Source: Balanoglossus misakiensis
Lineage: Eukaryota > Animalia > Hemichordata
Direction: 5' to 3'
DNA: 64,000 nt
Assembly (NCBI GenBank): GCA_040954595.2
Contig: CM082582.2
Location: forward strand, 12,607,777 to 12,671,776
Within the stretch, counting starts at the first letter, position 1. Every line of letters begins with the position of its first letter. Shown piece after piece: positions 61,301 through 64,000 of the stretch. The position numbers and the translations under genes were made by a program. The notes beneath the pieces were generated by a model, which saw nothing but the letters and a program-made list of their open reading frames with translations, had not been told where the DNA came from and did no database searches.

Positions 61301-64000
61301 TGATAAACCCCAGGATATACATGTAGGTATAGGAAAGGCTTCGCTGACACACCTTCACCGGGCTTACTGGTATGTTACTGTTTGTTTATTTATCCGTGGT
61401 TTAAAAAATATTTTATTGCAATATGTATTGTCAGTGTGAAGCATACGCATTGCTTATGTCTAGAAAACTTAGGGAAATACTTCTCGTATGCTAGCACAGA
61501 TGAGACACGGCAAAGGACTTTGTTTACAATTCTGCTTAACCGCAAAATGAAATGCTTGGGGATATATATACTTCGGAACACATCATAGCCCCATGCCGGA
61601 GCGAAAACCAGCCCCACCATTTTCGCTCAGTTCAAAGGGCAAGAAATACAAAAACTGTGTATCGCTGCTCGGTATGACGGAGTGTGTAAGTGCTGCGCCT
61701 TTCATCATGAAATGGTTCGTTAGCAAGACATGTGTGACTGACGCTCGCTTTTGTTGGTGGGAGTTCTATCACTGCTTTTCATAAAATGAATAATCCGCGA
61801 TTCCATTTATGTGAAATAAAAGCGAGCGTATTCCTGAGGATTTCAGGAATGACACGGCAACCCTGCACGTTTCCACTGCGTGGTGATGTTCCGAGTCTGG
61901 AAAACACGAAGTTGACGAGACGTCAAATATCCTTAGAACGATGGACAGCGGCTTTCCGCTGTAACAGGGCCATTGCATTAGTGACTCAGAGGTACTTCGA
62001 CTGAAATGTTAGAAAAATTGCAGACATATTTAGTTTGATATTCCGTCCTAAATAGAAAATGAACGTCCGTGGAAATGGGAATTTATGCTTCTCCGTTCAA
62101 TTATCCTGGAGGGAATACGACAAGATCTTACAAGAAAAAATGATTGAACGATGTGTTGTTAGTACCGGTAATGGCTGACAAACCGAAATTTGCTGTCGAG
62201 TCTGCGGGAAAATGTTCACCAATGAACATACAGCAGACGTGAATTGAATATGCTCACGTGGATGGACGGTTAGACGGGGTGACTGTTCGTTCTGGTAGGC
62301 AAATTTTAACAAATTGCAAATGTTTTACATTAATTATGGAAATGTTTCCATACTATGGCACGACATCACTAGGAATGAATCTGCCTGTCATTTCACTTAG
62401 ACTTATAATAAACCGCTGTCTGACCAATCAGCGAATAATTTAACCCAAGGGTTAAGAGGTTTTTTCACCGTTACTTTGCTTTGAATGCTACAGACACGTA
62501 TGCGCATGTACATGCTCGGTTTGACCGATGCGAAGGGATGAGTCAATTTTAATACACAGTCAGACTAGCTGGAGCTGATCTAAATGTAGCTCTTTGTTGG
62601 AAGGCTTTATTTGTACAGAGTGGCGCCGGAAAAGTTCGCGTTCTGTCGGACTGAATACATGGAGCTGTTATTTTCTAGATATTTTAGCATCTACAAACTG
62701 GAATTTCGCTTATGGTTTTGAAATAGCCAAACACGTGGTATGCTTTTTCTGTGAACATGGTCGCTGGTGTTGCATCATAACCTAAAGCGCAAAATGCTAT
62801 AAAATGGAACATCGACTCGTGCTCTCCACTTTTCGACATGTCGTAAATAACCACCCTTTTACGGTTCACAAAATGGCCGCTGTGTCATAATAAATGGACT
62901 AGCGCTAAAATTTACAATCGCGTGTGTCCAGAATGTTTAGAAAGTGCTTCAAAGGGCTCTTTCTGCGAATCGGAGTTGAAAAAGTTACTAAGTTACAGGC
63001 TTTCTGATTCAACAACTGACGTTGGCCACTGCAATTATCTATTCATCATCTGAAATACAACGTCTCCTCCACTAGTGTCTGCAATAACTATTACAACACC
63101 CACGTTTTTGTCATGAAATATAAAAAGAAACCCTTGAGCATTTTTCCTGTCATGAAACGGAATAATGTCGCTTCTGAAGCTTTATTAGCGTTAGTTTCCA
63201 GTCTCATCTCAAGACCGCTCGTACGCATGGGCATTGAATCGTTGTAAATTGGAAAGTTTGCATTCATATTTTCCCAATTATTTCAGATCACGATTATACA
63301 TGGAAATGTTTGTGGTGCAGGCAAATTGTTTTGTCGTCATTAGAACTGGATCGTCCGTAGTCGACCTAAATATTCTGCAAAGGACACGTCACCCTTGGCC
63401 GATTTTAAGTCAGTAGTTGACCGAGTAAATTTTCGTCGCAATATCCATCGATTGACGCAATCCCCAGCGTTAGATATATGATTGGCCAGAAACAGAAGGG
63501 TGAAAATACAACTGACGTCATCGTCAGCAGGGATTGATGGAAATGGAAAATTGTCTACATTTAATGGCGTCGATTCCTCCATTGTTATTGCATTCAGCTC
63601 ATTCAATTTAACGAAGTAAATTTGATCGTCGTTGCCACCTAGACACAATAGGCGTCTGATGTATGTTTGTGCAATGTCATAAATGACATGCGTTTGTTGT
63701 ACAGGCAAGGGTTGAAAAAGAAATGTCATGTTATAAGAGGAAATATCAAACCACCGCAATCCTCGCGGTGATGAAAAATGACATTCGGAATTATCAAGTC
63801 CGGAATGAACATTTTTGCAGACAGTAATAACATCTTTCAGGTGATAATGTAATTTCTGTACTCTGACTTCAGAAGACATGGAGAAAGCGAAATTGTACTA
63901 TGCTCGTATAAACTTTGCCATTCCACTCTTTAGGTTTGGTAACACTGAGCATGCAGAAACTGCTCGTCGTTACTATAAAATGTTGGATACGTTTGTTTGA

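Noticed and set aside
63340-63879. 179-aa minus-strand ORF
   Set aside because: No recognisable domain, no convincing splice context and an unremarkable composition, so it is probably a chance ORF.
1-64000. Prokaryotic systems (CRISPR arrays, operons, defence islands)
   Set aside because: The sequence is clearly spliceosomal-intron-containing animal DNA and I saw no regularly spaced repeat-spacer array.

Overview
Intron-rich animal genomic DNA, probably an invertebrate and plausibly a marine deuterostome (inference from gene content only), so the six-frame ORF track captures only exon fragments. I rebuilt the genes by hand from GT-AG sites and exon phases. The window holds: (1) a single-exon FITM/FIT2 gene; (2) three paralogous 4-exon genes for signal peptide-CUB-LDLa-TM proteins; (3) a 12-exon, plant-type two-domain phosphoethanolamine N-methyltransferase (PMT/PEAMT); (4) a 6-exon HERPUD gene, head-to-head with (5) an LPCAT1/2-type acyltransferase with EF-hands; and (6) the first exon of a probable secreted, reeler-like protein followed by about 11.6 kb with no recognisable exon. 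Two signals stand out. First, a 25-codon upstream ORF in the PMT leader (18499-18576, MTPRGRQHNCRSRSFSRTRQAIHTI), too short for the ORF track, closely resembles the phosphocholine/choline-responsive conserved-peptide uORF of plant PEAMT; a candidate second promoter and first exon would bypass it. Second, LPCAT has three tandem copies of its catalytic exon, each with its own HxxxxD motif, in a phase arrangement that forces mutually exclusive use; a tandem ACUAAC array lies upstream of the first copy. Together the genes suggest a neighbourhood for phosphatidylcholine and ER homeostasis.
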